From Octopus sinensis (lineage: Eukaryota): 36,084 bases of DNA. The stretch is from assembly GCF_006345805.1 (NCBI RefSeq), contig NW_021832814.1:1-36084 (forward strand), in the 5' to 3' direction. How positions within the stretch are numbered: position 1 is the first letter of the stretch; every line of letters starts with the position of its first letter. The position numbers were made by a program, and so were the translations under genes. Below, piece by piece: positions 21,880 to 32,165 of the stretch. Under the pieces are notes generated by a model. That model was not told the origin of the DNA, did not search any database, and worked only from the letters and a program-made list of their open reading frames with translations.

Positions 21880-22075
21880 TTAACAACCGGTGTTGGTGTG
21901 TTTGCGTCCCCGTAACCTAGCGGTTCGGCTAAACAGACCGACAGAGTAAACACCAGGCTTTAAAAAAAAATAAGGCCGTGGTGGATTCATTCGACTAAAA
22001 AAAAAACAAAAAAAAACGGTCAAGGCGGTGCCCCAGCATGGCCACAGTCTGACTACTGGAACAAGTAAAAGAATG
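21880..22075 (+). mobile_element. SINE A 3' half
   Basis: AACCGGTGTTGGTGTGTTTGCGTCCCCGTAACCTAGCGGTTCGGC...ACAAGTAAAAG. Confidence 0.8.
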
Positions 22076-22417
22076 CATGTGTGTGTGTGTGTGTGTGTAT
22101 AACTCAATCTCTGTGTATAAATGTATGCACGTGTATATACGTATAGATAGATACGCATAGACACGCAAATACAAACACATAAATCGATTCCAAAAATGAA
22201 AATAATAATTCAGAAAAGGAATAAAAAACCACTAGATGAATTAATCCCAGCAACGAATACATCTAAGAGGCATAGAAGCGAGGACTTCAACGACATGGCT
22301 CATACGAAATAGCCAGATACGCAACTAAACATCCGGTTGCCAGCTCTACTCTGCCTATAGTATGTCCATCTCTGATGAGAGAAGCAAAACACTTTTGACA
22401 GACTTCTTTAGACAAAT

Positions 22418-22523
22418 ATGATCAGATTATTCTCCCTGAAACAGAAGAAGGATGGAACCGACCCTGCCGACCGCGGGGGCAGCCAGAAGAAGGCATCTGC
22501 CGCGCAGCTGAGGATACAGAAAG
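22418..22523 (+). CDS. UBE2M: NEDD8-conjugating enzyme Ubc12, coding exon 1
   Basis: Translates MIRLFSLKQKKDGTDPADRGGSQKKASAAQLRIQK, matching the Ubc12 N-terminus (human MIKLFSLKQQKK...KKASAAQLRIQK). Ends in phase 1 at AAAG|GTTTCA (weak donor) and joins in frame to exon 2. Confidence 0.95.
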
Positions 22524-23842
22524 GTTTCAAACCCTGGTTTTTCCCCTTTTTTTGGGCCCCCAAGCCTGAAGTGTTGCTTGTGTATATTATCCACTCTACA
22601 TCCTTTTATTATACATACATGTATATAACCATACACAGCCTAGTTTTTTCATGTATATGCACGTATATACTATACTCAAACGCATACACACTCCTACAAA
22701 TATATATATGTGGGTGTATATAAGGATATTGGGACTTTGGTGTGTATAATTTCTGAGTTCCTGGCGCAGTATGGTGTGTATACGGACACACACACATGTA
22801 TATATTGTCTGTGTATATATATGTATATAATATCTGTGTGTATACATGAATGTATTGTACATGTGTATGTGAATATTTCGATATATATATATCTGTCTAT
22901 CCACTAAGCTATACATATAAATATATACACACACATACCATCTTATATATATATATATAAGATGGTATATATAATGTTTTATCTTGTTTCAGTCATTAGA
23001 CTGCGGCTATGCTGGGGCACCGCCTTTAGTCGGACGAATCGACCCTAGTACTTAATCTATTCGTCTCTTTATATATATATATATAAGATGGTATGTGTGT
23101 GTATATTTATATGTATGTATGTATGTATATAGGTGTGTGTGTGTTTTATAAGTAAAGCCAAGTAACATATATATATATATGTTGTTACACATTCATATCT
23201 ATGTGTATACGTAGGTGTACGTGTGTAGAATACATCAACACTTTTCGTACTGTTTACTAATAAAATAGTGCCAAAAGTCGGGACGTATTCTACACACGTA
23301 TACTTACGTATACACATAGATATGAATCTATATATATATATATGTATGTATGTATGTATATGAGGCGCCAGATTAAAGTTTCCTGCGCCTTGTGAACGTA
23401 CGCAGAACATGGAATATTCTGGTATATGTTCGGAGTGACAGTTTGAATTCCCACTTCTTACTCGTAAATGTTTTTACGGATACTACAGTTCTTAAGCTGG
23501 AACGAGTAAAAGCTGGTGCGTATGTGCGAGTGTATGTATGTGTCATTCATTTGTATTATGCCCGTTTGTCTTATTCGTAGCACGAATATCAGAAATATTA
23601 ACAGCAGGGTACTCTAGCTGACGCTAACTCTTAACCCGTTTTGCAAGTGAGGGATCTTTTATTTTACGCAGTTATGAAGGTACGAAGTTGCCGGACTATT
23701 TATTGAGAGGAGAAACAGACAACAACACCGTCCGTCGCACCGTAGAAGCGATTGTAGATGTGAATGCACACAAGGAGACGGGCGCATGTAGTCCCCCCCC
23801 CCTCCGCCAATATACATATATATATATACACATACATACATA

Positions 23843-24185
23843 CTCTTTTTCACTTGTTTCAATTATTTGACTGTGGCCATGCTGGAGCACCGCCTTTAGT
23901 CGAGCAAATCGACCCCGGGACTTATTCTTTGTAAGCCTAGTACTTATTCTATTGGACCTTTTGCCGAACTGCTAAGTTACGGGGACGTAAACACACCATC
24001 ATCAGAAACTGCTAAGTTACGGGGACGTAAACACACCATCATCAGAAACTGCTAAGTTACGGGGACGTAAACACACCATCATCGGTTGTCAAGCGATGTT
24101 GGGGGGGCCAAACACAGACACACAAACATGCCAACACACACACACACACATGTATATATACGACAGGCTTCTTTCAGTTTCACCA
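23843..24185 (-). mobile_element. SINE A copy with 40-bp internal triplication
   Basis: GCTAAGTTACGGGGACGTAAACACACCATCATC at 23971, 24011 and 24051. Confidence 0.85.
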
Positions 24186-24774
24186 AATACTGGTCAAAGG
24201 AAAATGGTCAGTAAAAGAGTAGCAACACTCTGGCATGGCTCTAGTTTATGAAGGGAAGCAGTAAAAGAAAAAGATATATATAGATAGATAGATATATCAT
24301 GTGTCTGCCCAGACTATCAGATGGTGTTACACATTGCTAGTCACAATGCGCTTTGCATCATTTTAACCTCTGGATGATGCCACCCTGCTGGCTAGCTGAG
24401 CAGGCCAACACTCCCCCCCCCTGGTCAAAAGGGGGACTGGAGCAGTGTAAAATGAAGTGTTTTGCCCAAGAACAAAATGTGCCACATGGTCAGGGTAAAC
24501 AAACCCACAATCTAGCGATGGTGGGTGCTTCACACTAACCACTAGGTCATCCACCTTCACACACACAAACACACATTATATTCTTTTACTTGTTTCACTC
24601 ATTTGACTGTGGCCATGCTGGAGCACCGCCTTCAAGGGTTTCACTTGAAGAAATTGACCTCAGGACTTAATCTTTGTAAGACTAGTACTTATTCTGTCGG
24701 TCTCTTTTGCACAACCGCTAAGTTATGGGGACATAAAAAAACCAGCATCATAAATATATACATATATATATATA

Positions 24775-25066
24775 TGGCCCAGTGGTTAGGGCAGCTGACT
24801 CGCGGTTGTGGGATCGTGGTTTCGATCCCCAGACCAGGTGTTGTGAGTGTTTATTGAGCGAAAACACCTAAAGCTCCACAATGCTCCAGCAGAGGATGGT
24901 GGTGATCCCTGCTGTACTCTTTCGCCATAACTTGCTCTCACTCTTTCTTCTGTTGGCCTGCTCGCTTAACCAGCGGGGTGACGTCATTTGAAGGCTAAAA
25001 CAATGCGAAGCGCATTGTGACCAGCGATGTGTAGCAACATCTGATAGCCTGGTCAGTCACGGTGAT
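24775..25066 (+). mobile_element. SINE family D head and core with a different 3' tail
   Basis: Matches 6428 for the first ~180 nt, then a tail containing GCGCATTGTGACCAGCGATGTGTAGCAACATCTGATAGCCTGG. Confidence 0.82.
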
Positions 25067-25329
25067 ATATATATATATATATATATGATGGGCTTCTTTA
25101 TGTTTCTGTCTACCAAATCCACTCACAAGGGTTTGGTTAGTTCAAGGCTATAGTAAAAGACATTTGCCCAAGGTGCTACACATTGGGACTGAACCTGGAA
25201 CCATGTGGTTGGGAAGCAAGCTTCTTACAACACAGCCATGCAACAATTTAGATTCGAATGAATATGGTACTTAATTTAGATGCACCAGGATTTTGTATGG
25301 TTTTATCCATAAAAATCCGTGGGGTGATT

Positions 25330-25453
25330 ATAATCAAAATAAGCAACAAGAATGACTCCGGTAATTTGGTACGATCGTTTCGTACTACATCATTTTATTA
25401 AATGTTGATCGTACCAAATTACCGGAGTCTTTCTTGTGGCTTATTTTGATTAT
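25330..25453. repeat. 47-bp inverted repeat, 30-nt spacer
   Basis: 25330-25376 versus 25407-25453, 2 mismatches. Confidence 0.9.
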
Positions 25454-26170
25454 ATATATATATATATAATTTATCTATATAGGATCAGGTATGTGGGGTC
25501 CCTGTGCTGTTGGATTATGGAAGTATTTGTTTGGGCCATAGTAAGCAACCCTCTAAGCAGTGTCCCAGTCACTCCTCTTCTCCGCGAGGTACTTCCTCAT
25601 CCTATGTGGCATGTGAGATATATGTGTCTGTGTGTGTATGTATCTACATATATACACCTGTATAACCATACATACAAATATACACTTGTGTATATATGCA
25701 CACACATACACGTATATTCATATATGTTTATATATATATATATAATATAATAATAAGAGTAAATAATTTCTTTGATGGTTTTTAAAAGAAACCAACAATT
25801 ATTTACTGGTAGAATTCGTTATGTAAATATAACCATTAATGGTAGGAACTTCTATAAAACTTCAATATATATATATTGTATATAAATAAAAAAGGCAGGC
25901 AACAGGTTTCTTAGCCACATACCGAAAAAATTAGAAATGGCAGTCAAAGACTGTTTATTACTATTTTCTACAAATGGGACTCCACATACGACATATCCCT
26001 GTAATTCACATATGCAAAATAGAAGGAAGAAATAACGAAAACAAAATTATATATATATATAGGTTTTTTTAATATAGTCAAGAGGTATAAGATGAATATA
26101 TTTATTTCACCTGTTGATAGCGATAAGATTATGATCATTTTACAGCCAACGTAATGGAAAACGAATGTCC

Positions 26171-26232
<62 letters not shown>

Positions 26233-26324
26233 TGTATATAACGTGTGTGTGTATATGTATTATGTGGTCGCTTGTGTATCATTAGCGATTTTCTTTCTCC
26301 ATCTTCCCTTTGGACTTTTTCTAT

Positions 26325-26359
26325 ATTTCTGATAAAGAGCTCTGCTCGAAACATGAAAT
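26325..26359 (+). ncRNA. Decayed minimal hammerhead-like motif
   Basis: ATTT-CTGATAA-A-GAGC-TCT-GCTC-GAA-ACAT-G-AAAT. G8 changed to A and G at the cleavage position, so probably inactive. Confidence 0.45.
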
Positions 26360-26466
26360 CCTCTTTCATTTCTTTCCTGTCCTGAGCGTCCAGTAACACT
26401 GTACTTATTCCACGTCCATGCGTTGTTGTTTTTTCTTGCTTGTTCATATTTGGATTGACTATACAT

Positions 26467-26852
26467 AATCATCATCATTTAATGTTCACCTTCCATGCTA
26501 CCATGTGTGGGACGGTTTCACAAGAGCCAGCCAGGTAGAAACCTGCACCAGTCTTCTGTGACTATTTTGGCAAGATTTTTACAACTGGATGCCCTTCCTA
26601 ACACCAACCACCCCATGGAGTGGACTCTGTGCTTTTTGCCATAGCACAAGCACAGGCAGGTCAGTTTTGGCATGGTCTTTACAGCTGGATGCCCTTCCAA
26701 ACAACGACCACCCCATAGAGTGGACTCCGTGCTTTTTGACATGGCACAAGCACAGGCAGGTCAGTTTTGGCAAGGTTTTTACAGCTGGATGCCCTTCCAA
26801 ACACCAACCACTTTACAGTGTGAACTGGATGCTTTTAATTGGCACCTGCACT
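26467..26852 (-). mobile_element. RTE 3' UTR-type copy with ~101-bp internal triplication
   Basis: TTTACA(A/G)CTGGATGCCCTTCC recurs at ~26578, 26679 and 26779. Confidence 0.8.
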
Positions 26853-26896
26853 GACAGGGTCACCGAGTACTTGCAAGTAAAATAAAATATAGTTCT

Positions 26897-27236
26897 GAGA
26901 CCCCCTTCGGTCATGACACTGACCATGAGATTGCACCTAGAAAGTTACCCTCCCAGGCATAAGTCCGGGTAAGGTTGTTTATGGAAGACCACCAGTCGCC
27001 CATGCATACCAGCCTCCCCTCTCCACACCACTGATGTTATCCAAGGGAAAGGCAAAGGGGCCGATACAGCTTAGCACCTGTGACGTCACAACTCATTTCT
27101 ACAGCTGAGTGAACTGGAGCAACGTGAAATAAAGTGTCTTGCTCAAGAACACAATACACAGCCCGGTCCAGGATTTGAGCTCACAACCTCACGATTGTAA
27201 GCTCGACGCTCTAACCACTGAGCCATGCACCTTCAC
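26897..27236 (-). mobile_element. SINE family E (tRNA head plus CORE-like domain), full length
   Basis: GTGAAGGTGCATGGCTCAGTGGTTAGAGC head and TTCTTGAGCAAGACACTTTATTTCACGTTGCTCCAGTTCACTCAGCTGTAGAAATGAG core. Related copies at ~6168-6905 (+, interrupted), ~4625-4789 (-) and ~24296-24560 (-). Confidence 0.85.
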
Positions 27237-28144
27237 AATATATAGTAGTAGTACAGATATATATATACATACACACATGTACAACTACTATTAACATGTA
27301 GAGTGCACCGGGAAGAATTTCTTAAGAGGTCCCATGGTCTCAGGCTTTGCAACACTATTTCTCATCATCCCAGCCTTGCAGCAAACCCGTTCAGTGCATG
27401 TTGTTCACATTCTGATGAGCCAAATGACACATTGTGGTTTGCAAATAGGATCTGACTGATCCTACACCTTCCGATTGTGATACCACTTCTACAATGGCTG
27501 ACCATGCCAATCCAGTTGATAAAAAACTATGAAAAGAAGAGGTGATGATAAGCATCTCTGTTACATCTAAGTAAAGCTGGATTACTTTAAGCCAAAGAAT
27601 GCAGCATCAACTTGAATAACCTCTTTTCAATATTGAAGATTCAACAGAAGAACTCTTCAATATATCAGATACACAGGTAACCAATGTGTGTGTGTGTGCA
27701 CATATACGTATACTCACACACACACAATGTGTGAGTGTGAATATAAAAGATGTAGATAGACAGATATAAAGATTTAAATAGTTAAAGAGGAAGCATTTGA
27801 AACTAATGTTGGTTACAGAATCCGTAGAAATAAAAATAAAATGAATGAGTGAACGAGGTGACGCAGGGTGGACAAATCCTCCAGTCATCATGAGAGAGTT
27901 TTACAGTTGTCTTTTGAGGAACTGGTTTGTCTTTTAGTGCACAATTGCACTCTTACGTACAGGACCAAACAATTTGTCAAGGAGACAAAAATCCCATCAT
28001 TAGGTGAGGAATATGTTGCTTTATCGACCCCGAAAGGATGAAAGGCAAAGTCGACCTCGGCGGAATTTGAACTCAGAACGTAATGGCAGGTGAAATACGG
28101 CTACGCATTTCGCCCGACGTGCTAACGTTTCTGCCAGCTCGCTG

Positions 28145-28620
28145 CCTTTAACCCCAAACTCTTGCAAAACCCTCCACAGCTTGTCCTGTGCACATATGGT
28201 CAAATACCTTTCGTTATAGTTATCCATTGCATGCACTGGTACAGACATGTCCTCTCTATCTTACTAGGTCATTCAGCACTGCAGTTGTGGGCTAGAAAAG
28301 GCCTCATGGCAGGTCCCACACCAGATGGCTGGATGTTAAGGGTGGAAGATCTCCAGAGGCTTGACATCACCTTGGAGGATGCATAAGGACTGGCATGGGA
28401 CTGCTAGCGATGGAGAGCCCTAGTGGACCTGGTCGGCTCTACGCATGATGATGTCGCTGGGACCACTAAATTGGGATGACCCCAGCCCGATCAAGCAAGA
28501 GCACAAAGCAAGCATGGTCGACACACCAAGTGTCTCCCTCTTGCCAATATTCCTTCGATTCCTCCAAGACCTGCTGTAGAGATCTGATCAGTTGTGCTGC
28601 ATCCAGGAAAGAAGCCATAT
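28145..28620. mobile_element. Scrambled fragments of a second RTE lineage (BovB-like)
   Basis: Minus ~28510-28620: YGFFPGCSTTDQI/LQQVLEESKEY. Minus ~28145-28205: QDKLWRVLQEFGVKG. Plus ~28230-28450: LHWYRHVL...EDLQRLDITLEDA...RWRALVDLVGSTH then a GAT-repeat tail. Confidence 0.7.
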
Positions 28621-28621
28621 T

Positions 28622-28976
28622 AGGCGCAGGAGTGACTGTGTGGTAAGTAACATGCTTACCAACCACATGGTTCCGGGTTCAGTCACACTGTGTGGCATCT
28701 TGGGCAAGTGTCTTCTGCTATAGCCCCAGGCCGACCAATGCCTTGTGAGTGGATTTGGTAGACGGAAACTGAAAGAAGCCCGTCGTATATATATATATGT
28801 ATGTGTGTGTTTGTGTCCCCAAGATCGCTTGACTACCAATGATGATGTGTTTATGTCCCCATAACTTAGCGGTTCGGCAAGAGAGACCGATTGAATAAGT
28901 TCTGGGGGTCGATTTGCTTGACTAAAAGGTGGTGCTCCAGCATGGTCACAGTCAAATGACTAAAACGAGTAAAAGT
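28622..28976 (+). mobile_element. SINE family A copy
   Basis: Head to tail recognisable. Confidence 0.88.
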
Positions 28977-29108
28977 ACTGAGAAATATGTATCTGTGTGT
29001 CTATGTATATACACACACATATATACACAAAAGGGGATGTGTATTGGGTGAGAGGTGCAGTAAAAGAATGCTGCCACTATATTGAGAATATATATATGTG
29101 TGTATATA

Positions 29109-29329
29109 TTCTTTTACTTGTTTCAGTCATTTGACTGGGGCCATGCTGGAGCACCACCTTTAGTCGAGCAAATCGACCCCAGACTTATTCTTTGTAAGCC
29201 CAGTACTTATTCTATCGGTCTCTTTTTGCCGAACCACTAAGTTACAGGGACGTAAACACACCAGCATCGGTTGTCAAGCAATGCTAGGGGGACAAACACA
29301 AACATACACACACATACACACACACAGAC

Positions 29330-29362
<33 letters not shown>

Positions 29363-29534
29363 CACATATACGACAGGCTTCTTTCAGTTTCCGTCTACCA
29401 TATCCACTCACAAGGCATTGGTCGGCCCGGGGCTATAGCAGAAGATACTTGCCCAAGATGCCACGCAGTGGGACTGAACCCGGAACCATGTGGCTGGTTA
29501 GCAAGCTACTTACCACACAGCCACTCCTGCACCT
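29109..29534 (-). mobile_element. SINE family A, full-length copy
   Basis: Inverted relative to neighbours at 28622 and 29953. Confidence 0.88.
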
Positions 29535-29952
29535 ATATGTGTACATACACTGTGATTGTCAATTTTTGACAATTAGTAAATGACGTCATGAGATGTCGAA
29601 TGACTTGTAAGTTTAGCTTTAGAGGAACGGACTCTACTGCAGACACCACAGACATTGTCAGGCAGAGAAGTGTCGGGGATTGAGGTCAAGTAGTGGTTTC
29701 CATATGGATTGCTCAATTCTTTCTGTTTCAAATGACTTAACATGTACATGCAGAAGCAGAGGGGGTGGGTGAGGAGTTGAAGTCTAAACCAGAAGATTTA
29801 TTACAGCTGCACTGATTCGACCAGTGTTTTAATTGCAGTTTTATTTGTGTCAACATTTGAGCTGTGGCCATGCTAGGGCACTACCTTGAAGGGTTTTTAA
29901 TTCATCAAACAAATCACTCCCAGTACTTGTTTTTATAAAAGTCTCGTAGTCA

Positions 29953-30122
29953 TAGGAGTGGCTGTGTGGTAAGTAGCTGGCTTACCAACCACATGGTTCC
30001 GCGTTCAGTCCCACTGTGGGGCACCTTGGGCAAGTGTCTTCTACTATAGCTGCGGGCCGACCAAAGCCTTGTGAGTGGATTTGGTAGACGGAAACTGAAA
30101 GAAGCCCGTCGTATATATGTAT

Positions 30123-30159
<37 letters not shown>

Positions 30160-30416
30160 TGCAGGAGTGGCTGTGTGGTAAGTAGCTTGCTTACCAACCA
30201 CATGGTTTCAGGTTCATCCCACTGCATGGCATCTTGGGCAAGTGTCTTCTACTATAGCCTCGGGCCGACCAAAGCCTTGTGAGTGGATTTGGTAGACAGA
30301 AACTGAAAGAAGTCCATCGTATATATGTATATATATATATATTTGTGTGTGTGTATGTATGTGTCTGTGTTTGTCCCCCCCAACATTGCTTGACAGCTGA
30401 TGCTGGTGTGTTTACG
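29953..30416 (+). mobile_element. Tandem pair of SINE A 5' halves
   Basis: Heads at ~29953 and ~30160. Confidence 0.85.
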
Positions 30417-30818
30417 TAGACGAAATACCTATTTCTTTACTACCCACAAGGGGCTAAACACAGAGGGGACAAACAAGGACAGACAAAGGGATTAAGTCGA
30501 TTACATTGACCCAAGTGCGTAACTGGTACTTATTTAATCGATCTTGAAAGGATGAAAGGCGAAGTCGACCTCGGCGGAATTTGAACTCACAATGTAACGC
30601 TCCAAAATGATTCAAAAATAGAATTTTCAGAAAAATAGATTCCAAAATAAAAAAAAAAAACGGCAGGAACTTAGTTGCCAACTCAATATATGTATGTATG
30701 CATATATAGGTACAGGACATCACAAACCATAAACAACATGAAATACGAAAACAAATGAGTTTAATACACAATCAACAAGAGAAACAAATGGAAAACAGGA
30801 CAAGTAACATAAAGAACG

Positions 30819-30879
30819 ACCCTTCATCAGTTGTCGGTCGTCCATCTACTCATTTCGAGCATTGAACGACAATATGAGT
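30819..30879 (-). ncRNA. Non-circularly permuted hammerhead-like motif
   Basis: ACTCAT-A-TTGTCG-(6 nt)-GCTC-GAA-ATGAGT-(11 nt)-CGACAA-CTGATGA-A-GGGT. Stems I and III are each 6 perfect bp but interleaved. Confidence 0.65.
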
Positions 30880-30929
30880 CTTCGAAGGCAGTTGCTCCCA
30901 TGAAAGCCGAAATAAAATTTGGGATTTAA

Positions 30930-31148
30930 CCCTTTAGTGTTCAGATTATTCTATCAAACATAATGCTTATTGATTTACATTGATTTGAATTAATCATGCA
31001 TTATCTCATATCTTCAAGATCTTGATGGTGTAATTACTTAATGTAGAATAACATTGTAGGGTAGGTGTGAGGGCCTGGATCTGGTCAGTTTGAGCATAAA
31101 ACAGATTAAATATTTTGGCCGGATATGACCGGTTTAAATACTAAAGGG
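30930..31148. mobile_element. piggyBac-like MITE
   Basis: TTAA|CCCTTTAGT...ACTAAAGGG|TTAA: TTAA TSD, CCC/GGG ends, non-coding. Confidence 0.85.
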
Positions 31149-31357
31149 TTAAGGAGGGTCAAAGTTGGTAGCAAAAACATGACAGTGAAGACAAACAAGG
31201 AAACCCAACGAAAACAATCATGGAGGGTCGTTAGACCAGACAAAGGTGCACTCTTGCAACATTGAGTCTTTAGCTCTTATTTTTAGCAATATTGGTGCTT
31301 CGGCACCCTTAGTGACCAAATTTTTCCTATATGTATATATATATATGTGTGGTAGCT

Positions 31358-31463
31358 GTCAGGATGGCCAAGCGGTCTAAGGTGCCAGACTCAAGGTGCA
31401 TAAATGAACATCGAGTATTCTGGTCCACTAATGTGGGCGTGGGTTCGAATCCCACTTCTGACA
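31358..31463 (+). tRNA. tRNA-Leu(CAA) with 22-nt intron (31396-31417)
   Basis: Acceptor stem GTCAGGA/TTCTGAC+A; anticodon arm CCAGA-CT-CAA-G[intron]T-TCTGG; variable arm CCAC-TAAT-GTGG; T arm GTGGG-TTCGAAT-CCCAC; T6 terminator at 31469-31474. Confidence 0.9.
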
Positions 31464-31474
31464 GATAATTTTTT

Positions 31475-31860
31475 GCCAGCCTTGCCTGGCCTCCGTGCCG
31501 GTGGCACGTAAAAGGCACCATCTGAGCGTGGCCGTTGCCAGCCTCGTCTGGCACCTGTGTCGGTGGCACGTAAAAAGCACCATCAGATCGTGGCTGTTCG
31601 CCAGCCTCGTCTGGCACCTGTGTCGGTGGCACGTAAAAAGCACCATCCGAGCGTGGCCGTTTGCCAGCCTCCTCTGGCACCTGTGCCGGTGGCACGTAAA
31701 AAGCACCCATTACACTCATGGAGTGGTTTGCATTAGGAAGGGCATCCAGCTGTAGAAACATTGCCAGATCTGACTGGGCCTGGTGCAGCCTTTGGGCTTC
31801 CCAGACCCCAGTTGAACCTCCAACTCATGCTAGCATGGAAAGCGGACGTTAAATGATGAT
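31475..31860 (+). mobile_element. RTE 3' UTR copy with ~63-bp tandem subunits
   Basis: GCCAGCCTCGTCTGGCACCTGTGTCGGTGGCACGTAAAAAGCACC recurs at ~31537, 31600 and 31663; ends ATGATGATG. Confidence 0.88.
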
Positions 31861-32165
31861 GTGGTGTGGATTAGCTACAGGACTTATTAGGTTTGAGGCA
31901 TATCAACAAGTATTGCTTTGAGCTTGTTGCTCTTAATCCGTTTACTTATTTCATTTTTCTTTGTAAGTTTGATTGTTCTTTTTTAAAAACATTACACGTT
32001 TGTTTGTTTATATGTTTAAAATTTACCTGAAGTTAGTGGATTTTTGCTGTGATATGATTTAAGAATGCATTGATAAAATGGTACTGAAACGGGTGTAGTG
32101 AATTTTGAAGTCCACTTGTGTTCTTTTATATATATAATACATATATACACACATCCACACACACA

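Noticed and set aside
22524-22531. Unusual donor GTTTCAAA as a U12-type intron
   Set aside because: Does not match GTATCCTT and I see no U12 branch site at the acceptor; best read as a weak U2 donor.
22524-22723. Extension of the exon 1 ORF to 101 aa
   Set aside because: Read-through into intron 1; Ubc12 homology resumes in phase at 33006.
27416-27460. CTGATGA followed by a hairpin
   Set aside because: No GAAA next to stem II and no stem I or III partner, so not a hammerhead.
27541-27625. Possible C/D snoRNA (GTGATGA...TTGA)
   Set aside because: Box D is imperfect and the terminal stem is out of register for a kink-turn.
31475-31700. Repeat-spacer-like arrays resembling CRISPR
   Set aside because: Eukaryotic context, the spacers are themselves homologous, and the array is part of the RTE 3' UTR.
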